Assembly (NCBI GenBank): GCA_951406725.2
Contig: OX597821.1
Coordinates: forward strand, 96,968,001-97,032,000
Length of the DNA: 64,000 nt
Reading direction: 5' to 3'
From: Octopus vulgaris
Lineage: Eukaryota
Positions 1-13,259 of this stretch are shown in pieces. The notes under the pieces were generated by a model, which worked only from the letters and a program-made list of their open reading frames with translations, was not told where the DNA came from and searched no databases. The position numbers were made by a program, and so were the translations under genes. How positions within the stretch are numbered: the stretch's first letter is position 1; each line of letters begins with the position of its first letter.

Positions 1-99
1 CTCAATGAAAGTGGAATAAAGAGTAGACGTTTTACGCTTCGTGCAAAACTTTTCGTCAGAGAGAGGAGAAAGGAAAAGTCAAGAGAAGGAAAGGAGAGA

Positions 100-103
<4 letters not shown>

Positions 104-158
<55 letters not shown>
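104..158. repeat. (GA)n microsatellite, representative of dozens of (TA)n, (CA)n, (GA)n, (TATG)n, (TAGA)n, (TTC)n and (TTA)n tracts across the window
   Basis: Directly visible pure dinucleotide run. Confidence 0.97.
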
Positions 159-161
<3 letters not shown>

Positions 162-541
162 TGTAGTATAAACACCAAAGAAATATACTCAATTAATATT
201 ACGATGTTAAATTCTAAAACAGTATAAAATTGCAGTAAATGCGGGTGCGAGAAAATTGCATATATGTACATAATCGGTCAAAATGATTCTTAAGAGCAAC
301 GCATATTTAGAATAAAAAGCGGGAAAGCAAAAACTTTACAAAAAGTCATAATATGATTACGCTCAACAGCTGTTTCACTAGCAATAAACAACATTAATTT
401 GAGAGTTGATTAATTCAGATACATAGTAAAGTTATACGAACTTAATTTATTTGACTGTGTACCTTCATAAGGTAATTATGGAATTAATGGTGTTTATTGC
501 TAATGAAATAGAGGTTGAATATAATTAGATTATGAAATGTT

Positions 542-581
<40 letters not shown>

Positions 582-687
582 ATCTGTCAGTTTTGCAGAA
601 TATGGAGAACGTCTGTGGAGTGGAATAACCTCTGAAATGACTGAAGTTCTATACTCGATCTACGTGATCTGCATTTATGTACACATA

Positions 688-739
<52 letters not shown>

Positions 740-743
740 TATA

Positions 744-960
744 TCACGTGATCACGTAACCGACCAGACCATCAGATGTTGCTACACATCGCTGGTCACA
801 ATGCGCTCTGTATTGTTTTAGCCTTCGAGTAACGCCACCCCGCTGGCTAAGCGAGCAGGCCAACAGAAGAAAGAGTGAGAGAAAGAGTGGTGAAGGAGTA
901 CAGCAGGAATCACCACCCCCTGCCGGAGCCTCGTGGAGCTTTTAGGTGTTTTCGCTCAAT

Positions 961-965
<5 letters not shown>
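744..965 (-). mobile_element. SINE family B, 3' two-thirds
   Basis: Reverse complement matches the body of the copy at 21756-22015 (ttgagcgaaaacacctaaaagctccacgaggctccggcag...gcttagccagcggggtggcg...cacgtgatcacgtgat). Confidence 0.85.
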
Positions 966-1027
<62 letters not shown>

Positions 1028-1439
1028 TGTGTGTGTGTGTATATGTATGATATACATATATGACATTATATATTATATATATTACATACTATAACCAAGA
1101 CATGTGTGTGTGTGTGTGTGTGTGTAACAAGGGATTTGGGGCGGTTTTATCCTTTAGAAACTATATTTACAAGTTGTATAGCATATTTAGAAGCCTTCAT
1201 GAAAGGTTTTAATTAAAATTGCCATTCATTAAACTAACTGCGTCCATATTGTTAATTTTCATACCAAACTAAGAGTAGACTCAACATAACTTTATTATGG
1301 CAATTGATAAAAGTTGTTTCATAACCTCTTTATTTCTTTAGGAATGAATTCTCCTCGTTTAACTAAAACATTGCATGGATGATTACTTCACGTACTCAAA
1401 AGTTTAGTAATACGTAGTCATAAGATTAGTTTCAAAATT

Positions 1440-1640
1440 TTGTACAAAGACAGCAATTTCGAAGGAGGAGGTACATCGCTTACATCGGCCGCAGTGTTCA
1501 ACTGGTTCTTATTTTATTGACCCCGGAAAGATAAAAAGGGTAAGTCGACACCAGTGCAATTTAAACTCAGATCGTACAGACTGACGAAATGCTACTATGT
1601 ATGTTGCCCGACGGGCTAACGATTCAACCAGCTCACCGTC
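1440..1640 (-). mobile_element. SINE family C, degenerate
   Basis: Diverged reverse-complement match to 62766-62992 (central ...ggggtcaataaaataagaaccag). Confidence 0.7.
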
Positions 1641-1869
1641 TCAAAACCTATTCAGAATAGTGCCTAAATGTCTTGCTAATAAACTCTCTACTGTATGGTT
1701 CAGTGGGAGAGGATTGTAGGATAGACTTGCGATCTACAAAACCTTTGTCAACACACTTCCATCTTTGATCAGTATTTTTTTTTCTATCTAAATAATTGAG
1801 GATATTGTTATTCTAAAATCTCCTGTTGCTACATGCCTACCTTACCTTATAATTCTTTCTGCTATAGGC

Positions 1870-2065
1870 AGAAGGCCTGAAAATTTTAAGGTGGTGGGGA
1901 CTAGTCGATTACATCGACCCCCAGAGCTCAACTAGTACTTATTTTATCGACCTCGAAAGGATGAAAGGGAAAGTCAACCTCGGCGTGGTTTGAACTCAGA
2001 ACGTAAAACCGGAAGAAATTTCGCTAAGCAATTTCGCCCGGCGTGCAGACAATTCTGCCAGCTTG
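1870..2065 (-). mobile_element. SINE family C
   Basis: Reverse complement contains gttctgagttcaaacc...ctttcatcctttcgaggtcgataaaataagtactag...ggggtcgatgtaatcgact, as in 62766-62992. Confidence 0.8.
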
Positions 2066-2352
2066 TCCCCTAACTCTCATCGAAGATGACTTGAGAAACA
2101 CTGATGGCGAATAATGACATTCGAGTGGTTCCTTAATCATATGAAACAACAATAATGACAACAGCAATAAAATATAATAAAACCCCGCAACTCCCCGCCT
2201 AAGAAAACAAACAAACCAATTGCAACTGCATAAAATCCAGCAAAATATCAATAACAACAAAGCGTAAAGCAACTACAACATTACAGCAACATAAACAACA
2301 TTGGCCAAGCAATGAGACTTCTACAATAAACAAGATATTTTAATTTTTTATG

Positions 2353-2455
2353 CAGGCGTAGGAGTGGCTGTGTGGTAAGTAGCTTGCTTACGAACCACAT
2401 GGTTCTGGATTCAGTTTCACTGCGTAAACTGAAACAAGTAAAAGAGTAAAAGAGA
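2353..2455 (+). mobile_element. Internally deleted SINE family A copy (head joined directly to tail)
   Basis: ggcgtaggagtggctgtgtggtaag...ggattcagtttcactgcg fused to actgaaacaagtaaaagagtaaaagag. Confidence 0.8.
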
Positions 2456-2469
2456 ATTAGTTCGTCGGG

Positions 2470-2760
2470 CCCACACTCATGAGGTAGTGAGTTCCATTCC
2501 CGGACCGGGCTGTGTGTTGTGTTCTTGAGCAAGACACTTTATTTCACGTTGCTCCGGTTCACTCAGCTGTAGATGTCACCGGTGCCAAGCTATATTGGCC
2601 TCTGCCTTTCCTCTGGATAACATCAGTGTCGTGAAGAAGGGGAGTTGGTATGCATAGGCGACTGCTGATCTTCCACAAGCAACCTTGTCCGGACTTCTGC
2701 CTTGGAGGGGAACTTTCTAGGTGCAATCCCATAGTCATTCATGATCGAAGGGGCTCTTTA
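2470..2760 (+). mobile_element. Probable fourth SINE family with a CORE-like central block
   Basis: B-box-like gagttccattcc followed by gttcttgagcaagacactttatttcac; a similar block occurs at 51350-51420. Confidence 0.5.
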
Positions 2761-2776
2761 TACAATTCCTAATAAT

Positions 2777-2985
2777 CTTTTATCTTTTACTTGTTTCAGT
2801 CATTAGACTGTGGCCATTCTGGGGCACCGCTTTGAAGAATTGTTATTTGAATGTATCGACCTCAGTACTTATTTCTTTAAAGCCTGGTACTTATTATACC
2901 TGTCTCTTTTGCTGAACTGCTAAGTTACAGAGACATAAACACTCCTACACTGGTTGTCAAGCAGTAGTGGGTGACAAACAAAAAG

Positions 2986-3018
<33 letters not shown>

Positions 3019-3168
3019 AACAAACATCCAACGGCTTCTTTCAGTTTCAGTCTACCAAATCTTCTCACAAGGCTATGGTAGAAGACACTTGCCTACGGTG
3101 CCACGCAATGAGACTGAACCCGAGATCATGTGGTTGGGAAGCAAGGTTCTTAGCGTCTAGTCACGCCT
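2777..3168 (-). mobile_element. SINE family A, degenerate
   Basis: Colinear with the well-preserved copies (ttttacttgtttcagtcat...agaagacacttgcc...gactgaacccgag). Confidence 0.85.
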
Positions 3169-3919
3169 GCACTATGAAAAAGAGTAGGATTTTAATTTTA
3201 TACATAGCTGGTTATGGAGTTCCAGTATAGTAAAATAGGAATCAAAGGGATCCATAGGCAAAAAAATGGTTGAGAACCATAGAGTCTATATGGTCACAAA
3301 ACCTGCTGGAAAGAGGAGCCAATTTTCCCTTAAATCACACTAAACTAATCTTGAAATTGTAAAAGTTATATTGGATAAAGTAGCACTATATAAACGGTGG
3401 GTAAAGAGAAGAAAACAAAAAAAAACAAGCAAAAAAAGAAGACGGGATAGAAGATCTTGGATTATGGATCTGTTCGATAAGACCCGACCGGGTGGAAGAT
3501 GGATGGGGACTAAACAACAACGTCAATAACGACTTAAAAAGATAAAATAAAAGTTATAAACACTTATAAAAGACACTAAAATTAATCAACATTGTCTACT
3601 CACAGACTCTATTTAGTAGTAATAGTGGTGATAGTGGTGGTGGTGGTGGTGGTCGTCGTCGTCGTGTTTTTTGGTGTTCCTCGTCCCTAATTCTTATAGA
3701 ACGAGAGTCGTCAACATGAGTGTGACTTGTCAATTATTCTCAGCTGTCTGCTACTTATCTCTGTCCAATCACCACTTTTAAAGCCATCTCTCTCTCTCTC
3801 CCTCACTCTCTCTCTCTCTCTCTCCTGAGACACTGACACACATGCACAAACACACACACACAGACACTGACACACATGCACAAACACACACACACAGACA
3901 CTGACACACATACACACTA

Positions 3920-3962
<43 letters not shown>

Positions 3963-4726
3963 CACACTAATTCACATACACACACAGCAACATCTCACTA
4001 AAGTTTCACGCACACACACACACACACACTTAAATGTTCACTTTAAATTCGACTCGAATTTCATATGCGAAAGAGGGTAAATTCTGGCGTAATGTAATGT
4101 TTTTGGTTGCGTAGTGTTGTGTAATGTGGTATGGTGGTGTGGTTGTGTGGTTTTATGATGAAATAGCGTGGAAGGAAAAGTGTGTTGCAGAGGTATAGGG
4201 ATGTGGGTGCTGGTGCCATGTGGTGTGTGATTACGAAACTGTTTACTGTTATGCGTTATTGCTGTTGTAGTGTTGGTGGTGGTAGTGAAGGTGCTGGTGG
4301 TTGTTGTTGTTTTACCCTCGATCAGCCTTAATCCAGCAGATTTATGATCAAGGGTGTTCCGACCATGACTATCCCGTCTTATTTTCTGATATAATGTATT
4401 CTGGATAGCGTTATCCAACGTATCCTTCCAATCAGAAATTATTGGGTGTGTTTGCTGGAAGTTATGGCTGTTACTTTTAGCATCCTGCACGACCACACAG
4501 CGGTTTTCTTGCAGTCACATGTGCTTGGAGAGGGGCATGTTTAAGATGTATGTCGCAAAATAAACACAACATCATTAGTAAACATTCGAAACCAAAAGTC
4601 ACATGATGATGCAGTTAATATGTTATGATCGCCATCAATGGGGATTAACAGACTAAAGAGTAACTTACCATCTTTGAATGAAAGTGTTATTCCATCATAG
4701 TTTCTACAGTCTGACCTCCCTCTCCT

Positions 4727-4776
<50 letters not shown>

Positions 4777-4849
4777 ACATAAGGGACTAAAGCCTCCCTT
4801 ATGTTATCGAGCAGTTACTGTCTATATCCCTTTTAGAGAATTATTATTG

Positions 4850-4889
<40 letters not shown>

Positions 4890-5043
4890 TCTCTCGAAAA
4901 CCTAAGTGATACGCATGGACTGCAGTTTCGAGATTATTTACGTTGTCGAGCGCTTACTGTTTACATCTCGCTCAGAGATTTATTATTGCTTATATATATA
5001 TATATGTATATATCAAAATAAGCAACAAGAATAACTCCGGTAA

Positions 5044-5130
5044 TTTTGTACGATCGTTTCGCACTACATCGTTTTATTAAATGTTGTAAGTATTACAACA
5101 GTTTTAAATTGCTGAGCACTCATCAGCCAT
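5044..5130 (-). ncRNA. Hammerhead ribozyme-like motif (type I, PLE pLTR), long stem II, damaged stem I
   Basis: Minus strand: CTGATGA-gtgct...agtgc-GAAAC-GATC-GTA, with palindromic stem III ACGATCGT. It lies downstream of the PLE GIY-YIG remnant on the same strand. Confidence 0.6.
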
Positions 5131-5576
5131 TGATAGAGATTTTCCATTAATGCATAATTTTCATATCAAGTGGTAACATTATAGAGAAGGTAGATATATA
5201 GACAAAGATGTGGATTTAAATTTTAAGAACATTTGGGGTAGTGGAGCCCATCATCTGACTGACTAAAATTCAGTTGCTCTGAACTACTGCAAGGTTCTGC
5301 GAAGAAAGAACAAATGAAAGGAGACAACAAAGATTTTCTATTTATAGGAATGGGGTGAAAGAGATGTCAGAGTTCCATATAAAGGAATTTATGTAGAGAA
5401 AAGGATTGTCACACTACAATGCCAATTACTACTATTTGGTGAACAGATTTGGTATTAGGAGAACTAGATCAATGTCAAGTGGTCACAATAATACTCACAG
5501 AGAATGCAGAGACCCTATAAAACAATGCACATCAACACAACAATAGCTTATAGGTTCCCAGTACTTTGACACGTTG

Positions 5577-5791
5577 GATTTCATAGATAGTGAGTTGTTA
5601 TTAATGAATTAAAATATAGGATCTGTTGGAAATAATATTTACTACCCGCGGATAAAAGAAGGTGATTTAATAATATGAAGAGAGGTAATTTAGAAGAGTA
5701 AATTATTCAGATTTCATAGATAGTGAGTTGTTATTAATGAATTAAAATATAGGATCTGTTGGAAATAATATTTACTACCCGCGGATAAAAG
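5577..5791. repeat. 82-bp direct repeat (5577-5658 and 5710-5791)
   Basis: gatttcatagatagtgag...ccgcggataaaag occurs twice and appears identical. Confidence 0.9.
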
Positions 5792-6007
5792 TTAATTAGT
5801 TAGATAAAAATATCTTAGGTTAATTATATATTAAGAAATGGAAGTGAGATAATCAAGGTGAACCGAATAGTTTCCTTAGGGTCATAGGATTTATACTATT
5901 TAGTATTGGAGAATATTAGAAAAAGAAGAATTTAATTCTAAGTTTGCAATGAAGTTTTTTAGTAATCTTTGAATGTTAAATTAAAAACCAGTATGGTATA
6001 TTCGTTC

Positions 6008-6400
6008 TTATTTGGTTATAAAGAATTGAAATTTAGGAATATTCAAAATATTATTATTTAAAGTATTTAAACGTACGGGTTGTACGATGTATACAAGATT
6101 TCCTAGCTCCAAACGGTTATTTAATAGATTTGTATTACTCTGATGATTCAAAATTCCATAAGTTTCCATAGAACAAAGTTGACAACCATCCCTACTATTT
6201 TTATAAGGCTGTGTTCTTCTTACTATATCCTCTTTCAGGTTGAATTCTATATTATTTGTTTTTAGTTCCCAAATTTTACTAGACAATGTTGTGCAACCTG
6301 CTTTATGTTTGAGCCTAAAGGAGGAAAAATGATTGTTTAAACGTTATTTTAAAATCTACCGAACACCCGAAATAAAGAAAGTTATTGTTTGAAGTTTTGG
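6008..6400 (-). pseudogene. Penelope-like element GIY-YIG endonuclease C-terminal remnant
   Basis: Translation ...LSSKIWELK...PYKNSRDGCQLCSMETYGIL...LLNNRLE matches the typical PLE C-terminus (LSxxIWxLK, CxLCxxEK, LLNxRxE); upstream frames are broken. Confidence 0.7.
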
Positions 6401-7273
6401 ACCGAACAACGGCTAGATACCGGACATTTCGATCTAATCCTACAATTACAACTGGGGGGATAATTTCCAGTACTAGTATTATTTAAGGACAGTTCACTTT
6501 CATTACTGTTATTTGAATTATTATTAGTATTAGTATTATTAGGGTTAAGGTTTATATATATATATGATATTCACAACGTGAACTACGATGAGAAAAGTTT
6601 GAGATAGATATGGTATATAAATTTGTTTCGTGTAGGCGTTACTTTGAGACATATGATTTATTTTAAGGGTTACACAAGGATAAAAAGGTTGAGAAACACT
6701 GTTTTGCAGGATACACAAAGTGTAAGTAGAAATCTTCCTTGAAAAACTGCAGTACATAATAAGGAGTAAGTAGCAGGTGTAGAAGTGACCAACGAGAAGG
6801 TTGCATTGCAATCAAACAACACCAGTATTGAAGACATCAAATCATAGCTAAGACATGTAGGAGACTTTGTATACTTGGATTTCTGGAGGTAGTCTTATTT
6901 TGAAGTGTAAGCAGAGACCTATTGACAAAGAGGCCATACTAAGAGATACAGCGATCAGCTCAGATACATACTGAAACAGTGCCGGATACCACAAACCTGA
7001 GTAGTATAACTGGCAAAATATCACATTGGGTGGTGCTGTGAACCGAGGCAAATTATATAACATTTATACAAACACTGTCTATAAGAAACTAACAGAAGAA
7101 TCCTGATTCACCCAGTGAAAATCCGGCTACAAACTTCACCATTACAATGTATATGTGCCACACATATCAGTTTGTTCGTACACATATCTACATGCGCACT
7201 CCCTTTCGATTTACAGCATTGGCGGGTAAGCTATTAGAAACTTTAAAACACATTATTAGTTCTTATATCGTAA

Positions 7274-7455
7274 GGCGGCGAGTGGGCAGAATCGTTAGCA
7301 AGCCGGTCAAAATGCTTGGCGGCATTTCGTCCGTCATCACGTTCTGAGTTCAAATTCCGCCGAGGTCGGCTTTGCCTTTCATCCTTTCGAGGCTGGTTGA
7401 TGTTATCGATTGAACTCCTCCCCAGAACTTGCTGGCCTTGGGCCAAAATTTGAAA
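7274..7455 (+). mobile_element. SINE family C
   Basis: ggcggcgagtgggcagaatcgttagc...gttctgagttcaaattccgccgaggtcggctttgcctttcatcctttcg. Confidence 0.8.
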
Positions 7456-8799
7456 GTATTAGCTCTTGCATTTTGAGTCCAATTCATACTGAAGTTAACT
7501 CCGTTTTTCATCACTCTGGGAGCCGATAAATAAGTATAGATCTAGGTGAGTGGTGTGAATGAATTGTAAGAGAGTCAGCTGACAATGCCTTAAGGCATAA
7601 GTTCCATCTTTTGTGTTCTGAGTTCAAATTCTGCTATCATCTACTTGGATGTTAGCTCACAACTGTATGCAGCACTACCCCGCAAGACTACACCACAAAA
7701 CATAAACCAATATAGGATCCCAAACTACATTAAACATCCTTAGAATTAATGTAGCTAGCACTATCTCTACTACCACCAAAACCACTACCATTAACAACAT
7801 GACCACCACCACTACTACTACCACTTTTACTTAGATGCTATATCTTTTACTTTGATGCTAGACAACCAGTAGCACCATCACTGCAACTGCTGCTGTTCTT
7901 GTTACGAATATTCGAGTCAAGATTGCGTTTGAGAATACTTTCCTCCCGTCATTCTACCCGCCAGTTCTCGGAGGCCTTTAAAAGGGTCAAGGGAAGTACT
8001 CATGACCCTTTCCCAAGATCTAATATGTAGTAGCAAAGGTATTCTCAAATCGAAGACTTTCTATCGAAGCCAAATGAAAAGAAAAGAAAAACAAAAAAAA
8101 TGACTGCAAGAAATTAGCAAACGGCTAAGAAGAAATGAGTTTGTCATTATAAAGGTGTTTAGTGTAGTATAGGCTCTTGTTTTTATTGGTGTCTATTTTT
8201 TGGTATGAACTTGTGTGATAGTATTGTATACAACTGTGTTGTTATTGTTGTTGTTGTTGTTGCTGTTTAACCCGTACTTAGTTACTGATTAAGGTTTCCT
8301 GTGAAGGCCAGCTCGATTTTTTTTTCTTCATATTTGTTTTTCCAGGTTTCATGTATTACAGACAGTAAATTGTAGTCCTACATACAATCATAAGACGGAA
8401 GGGCCGTTATTTAAAGGAAACTTGGCTGCTATTTCTAGCAGGTCAACTATGTTTGTGCGCATGCGTGCTAGCCTATATGTGTGCGCGTGTTTTTAAAGCC
8501 CCTAGTGCGACAACCAGGATAACATTCGACCTAGGAATGGTATGTTTGCTGTAGTGAGTTTTTAGCGACACACGCACAGACACGCACGCACGCACACACA
8601 TACTCATGCATAGACACACACACACGCACGCGCGCACACACGCACACACACTCACAAAACCGAGCACTAAGCTCTGCATATATTCGCACAAGTATAGACA
8701 GACCCTAAATCGGCATGCATACACACATATGAATATTTGTGTATGTATGTATATGCGTATATGTCCTTATTTATATATCTATTAGGCGGTAAAGTATGA

Positions 8800-9163
8800 A
8801 ATTCGTAGCTGCTTGTCCATAATACCCAAGCTTATGCAGATACATAACACACGTTGTCGGACTAACTTCTAGCTGTTTTGCTATGTGAGAAGCCTTCGAA
8901 TGGGGTTCGTTTTCCACAATTCTCTTTAATCAACGAAGCTTCATTTCCGAGGGCCCAGGTCAGCCGGGATGAGAATCTGTTGATTCTTTTCCTTGGCTTT
9001 TGAATTGCACTGTAATTCTATTAACAGTAGCCAGAGGAATTTGAAGATTTTCGGCAATTTTTCGCTGGCTAAGACCAGACTCAGATTGCCCAACAATACG
9101 ACCTCTTTGAAAATCTGACAGTTCTGCTGAATTTTTTGTGCATGGCATGGTTACTCTTCGCAA
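8800..9163 (-). pseudogene. Tc1-family transposase N-terminal (HTH) remnant
   Basis: [12 protein letters not shown]...[20 protein letters not shown]...PG(R)P continuing to ...YLHKLGY is a paired-type HTH plus GRP motif; in-frame stops, no DDE domain. Confidence 0.8.
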
Positions 9164-9323
9164 ATGTTTAATATAATGGCACCTGGAATGAAAAAGAATA
9201 ATTACATTGTAAATTCTACACCACTGGAAACATATTAAGACGCTTAGATGAGAAATGTTGAAAATTAAAGGTATCTATTTACTTCCTGCATGTCTGTGTA
9301 TACATGCTCACACATGACCCGCA

Positions 9324-9360
<37 letters not shown>

Positions 9361-9364
<4 letters not shown>

Positions 9365-10802
9365 GACGATCTGGATATGCTCAATCACCTTCCTAAAACA
9401 ATAAACAAAACACCCTACTAGTATCCTTCGATGTAGTCAACATCTATTCCGATATCCCCCACAACCTAGGAATAGAGGGGCAATTCAATTCTGGCTAGAG
9501 AATTACACCAACGAACTCCCACATCGCATCAAAAAAGAATTCGTGATAGAAGGGGTTAAATTCATTCTGGAAAATAACTACTTCGTCTTCAAAGACAACT
9601 TCTACCGACAAAAATCGGGGACTGTGATGGGTACGAGCATGGCCCCCTCCTTTGCTAACCTAGTCATGGGATATCTAGAAATTAGTCTTTATCGTAAGGT
9701 TCTAGATAAATACGGCAGCCCATTCTCCCTCTACAAAGAGAATAACTAGAAGAGATACCTGGATGATTGTTTCCTTCTTTGGCATGAAAATATAGAGAAA
9801 CTTAAAGAATTCCAAGTACTTCTAAATGGACTTGACGTAAACAGTCAATTTACTATGGAATACAGCCAGCAACAACTTCCCTTCCTCGACATCCTCATTA
9901 AGAAATCTAACAACGCATGAGAAACAGATATATACTATAAGCCTACGAACTCCAAGCAATATCTACCGTTCAACTCATGCCACCCCAGACACACCAGAAT
10001 GAACATCCCCTTCAACCTAGCAAAAAGGATATGTACTATAGTTTCTAATGCAAACACCAGAGACACACGACTACATGGACTAAAGGATACACTCATCACC
10101 AGGAACTACCCACCTTCATTAATTGACATATGCTTTCAACGGGCCCTTCAACTCAACATCCAGGATCTCAGACATCCCAAATTAAAGAAAGATTTACAAT
10201 CAAAAGCCCTGCCATACATCACACACAACCCTCTCAACAATGAAGCCTTCGATACCATCCTCTAAAACATACCCCAGCTTAAAAAGGACCACAGAATGAA
10301 CTTAATCCTCCAAACACACACCATCATAAAAAGCAAGAGACAGACCAAATATATGAAAAGTCACCTAACACAAGCCCGAATACGCACAACAACACAGAAG
10401 CCGTCAGTAAAAAAATGCGGAAGACCCAACTGTGGGGTATGCGTCAATTTAATTGAGGGATTAGAATGCTCCTTCAAACAGGGACAACGTTTCACAGTGA
10501 AAAGCAACTTCACATGTGCTTCGGAGAACCTGACATACGATCTAACCTGCTCTGGGTGTCAAGAACAATACAAAGACCAAACAAAAAACAGTCTACGCAA
10601 AAGAGTGGCTCTGCACAGATCCCAGATCAAAATTCCCCAAAACAGAAAAATAGCATTCGGCCAACACATAGACATTTGCGCCAATAACAAAAATCCATGC
10701 TTCAGAATTTTTCCCCTCAACCAATTCAGGGACGATACAACCTGGAGCCCACAAATCAGTAAAGAGACTCTCTTTATTATAAAAGGACCCCTACCCTTTT
10801 GA
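9361..10802 (+). pseudogene. Penelope-like element RT plus GIY-YIG ORF, 5'-truncated, with stops and frameshifts
   Basis: SFDVVNIY, GTVMGTSMAPSFANLVMG, YLDDCF, LPFLDI, SCHPRH..NIPFNLAKRI, CGRPNCGVC, FTCASENLTYDLTC..CQEQY..QT..LRKRV..H. Confidence 0.93.
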
Positions 10803-10999
10803 ACGATTCTACGACAAACGGCATATCCACCACGACCTTAGAATAACACAAATACACACGCAAATATTAAAAATGATACACTCAAGAGATTTCCAAGAAT
10901 TCATTAAAAAACTGCCAATCACTGCTATAATCCATAACGAGCCAATTTTAAGTCACTTGACTATTTAACACACTACTTTCATACTACCTACATTCCTTC

Positions 11000-11031
<32 letters not shown>

Positions 11032-11240
11032 CTTCTTCTTCTTCTTCTTCTTCTTCTTCTTCTTCTTCTTCTTCCCTACCAAAGAATTCAAAACGACCTC
11101 GAACCCACAAGAGTAAACAAGAGAAACAGAGACAGGCAGAAACAAGGAAAATTTCACTTGTATTTGATCACTATGCAAATATTCTTTTTAAAAAGACTTA
11201 CCTTTTAACTTTTCCAAAATTTAATTGTCTTCCATACTTA

Positions 11241-11275
11241 CAGTTGAAAAGTTTCAATGACTGAAACCGGTACTG
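11241..11275 (+). ncRNA. Minimal hammerhead-like motif with U3-A8 core in the 3' pLTR of the PLE
   Basis: CAG-TTGAAAA-gtttcaatgact-GAAAC-CG-GTA-CTG: stem I CAG/CTG, palindromic stem III ACCGGT, weak stem II. Confidence 0.5.
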
Positions 11276-11283
11276 AAATGTAT

Positions 11284-12279
11284 TGTTGTGAATGGTCAGG
11301 GACACCTCTATGACCTACTTTGCTGGCTTGGAGACAGAAAGTCTGGAATGCAAAGTTATAGTCCTTTGTTTGGGAAGAGTAATGGCTTTTGGAAGGACCC
11401 CTACCCTTTTGCCGGTCAGGGAAAGTTCGTTCTAAACACCCCTTAAAAGGAAGGGCTGAGAAAGACAGATTAAGGAATCTGGGAGCTGTCATGAGAGAGT
11501 GACAGTGACAGCGTAGAGGAGGACAGGCACATAGGACTAAGCGGCGATAGAGAGATTATTAGAGCTAAGAGAGATTGGGGATGGTGACAGAGCAAGAGGT
11601 TTTGGCAGTCGGTACTTGGAATTCAGGACAAGCGGTTGGCAAGTTGGATTTAGCGGCCAGGATTTGGTATTCAGGGCAAGCGGGTTAACAAGTTGGATTT
11701 AGCGGTGCTGAGAGAGATGAGGTACAATATGAGACACTGGCTATTATAGTAGGAACTAAGGTACGTGAATTGTGTATTGATATGTGAAGAAAAAGAAGGA
11801 AAAAGAATCGATGTATTGAACTGTAAAAGAAATGAGACAGTGAAAAGAACAATGTGAACTGTGTAAAGACATTGTGTACAGAGTTGTGTTAAGGCAAAAG
11901 AGAACTGTGTAATGACCATTGAACTGTATGGGCCTTTAATGTCCTTTGAACTGTGACTTTTATGTGTACTCTTGAAATGCTGTTGTTATTGCATTTGATG
12001 TGTTGTTACTTGCATGTTTAAATGCTTTGATCTGTGGTATACCTGTATGATGTATTGAGTTGTTGTTTAATTCGACGTGTCCTCTTTAAATGTATCTGAT
12101 ATGTATTTGATGTTGTAACAATTAATAGTCATATAAACTAGTACGTTAAATGTGAGCCAATTGCCTTCATTGTGTGTCTCTCTCCTCTCCGAGTTTCCGT
12201 GGCGAACATTTACTGATCGGTCGGGCCTGTGTGAGGGATTCCGTAACAGCTTTCGTTCGACGGGGGTCCCCCCGTAACA
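11284..12279 (+). mobile_element. Solo LTR (996 bp), distant relative of the LTRs at 16459-17798
   Basis: TGTT...AACA termini; perfect 4-bp TSD GTAT (11280-11283 and 12280-12283); shared blocks such as aaagttatagtcctttgttt...aatggcttttggaaggacc and the ...ccgtggcg...ttccgtaaca end. Confidence 0.85.
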
Positions 12280-12325
12280 GTATTTTATAAAATTATTTTA
12301 GCATTTTCTATCTTGACTTTTTTTT

Positions 12326-12372
<47 letters not shown>

Positions 12373-12476
12373 TATATATAGAAATGGTAAGACAACAAAA
12401 AAATGAAAAAGACCTCGATATTATATAAATAGAGGAATTTATCTGTAAATATATGTGACAATTATTTGGTAGCCAT

Positions 12477-12537
12477 GATAAAACTCCGAGTTTCGGATGT
12501 CGGAGCGGAAACCCACGCCACCGTGTATTCAGTTATC
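12477..12537 (-). ncRNA. Degenerate hammerhead-like motif in a PLE pLTR fragment
   Basis: Minus strand: GATAA-CTGAATA-[GC-rich stem II]-GAAACT-CGG-AGTT-TTATC; stem I GATAA/TTATC is intact, G8 is mutated. Confidence 0.5.
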
Positions 12538-12724
12538 TGGCCATCGAAAAAATGCTATGAAAATGACCGTTAAGCAAAGGGAAATAACTGTGTGATTGAC
12601 CGCTATTAAGACAAACAATTAGTTCTTTGTGTCTGTCTGTTTTGTTGTCCTTTTTTTGCATCACCTAACTGTCTGGATGCCTTGCGTTCTTGTCCCATTT
12701 TTGTATTTTTTATATATATATAAA

Positions 12725-12962
<238 letters not shown>

Positions 12963-13146
12963 TGGGTAGAGGGAAAAGAGAGAGAGAAGAGGTATCCATC
13001 TTCCTATTCACCATTCATCCATTTATTCATTTACTTAGTCCTTTACCATTGTACTGGAATGGTTTACGTATATTTATATATGTATATATGTATATGTATA
13101 TGTGTATATTTATATGTTAGTGTATGTATATACGTGTATGCATGTA

Positions 13147-13258
<112 letters not shown>

Positions 13259-13259
13259 T

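Noticed and set aside
6686-6702. hAT-like terminal motifs (ggttgagaa.cactg; also near 3268 and 31171)
   Set aside because: Only single ends are visible, with no partner TIR or 8-bp TSD, so no element could be delimited.
7981-8010. Inverted repeat AAAGGGTCA-n13-TGACCCTTT resembling a nuclear-receptor element
   Set aside because: A single 9-bp palindrome with atypical spacing and no nearby gene; could be chance.
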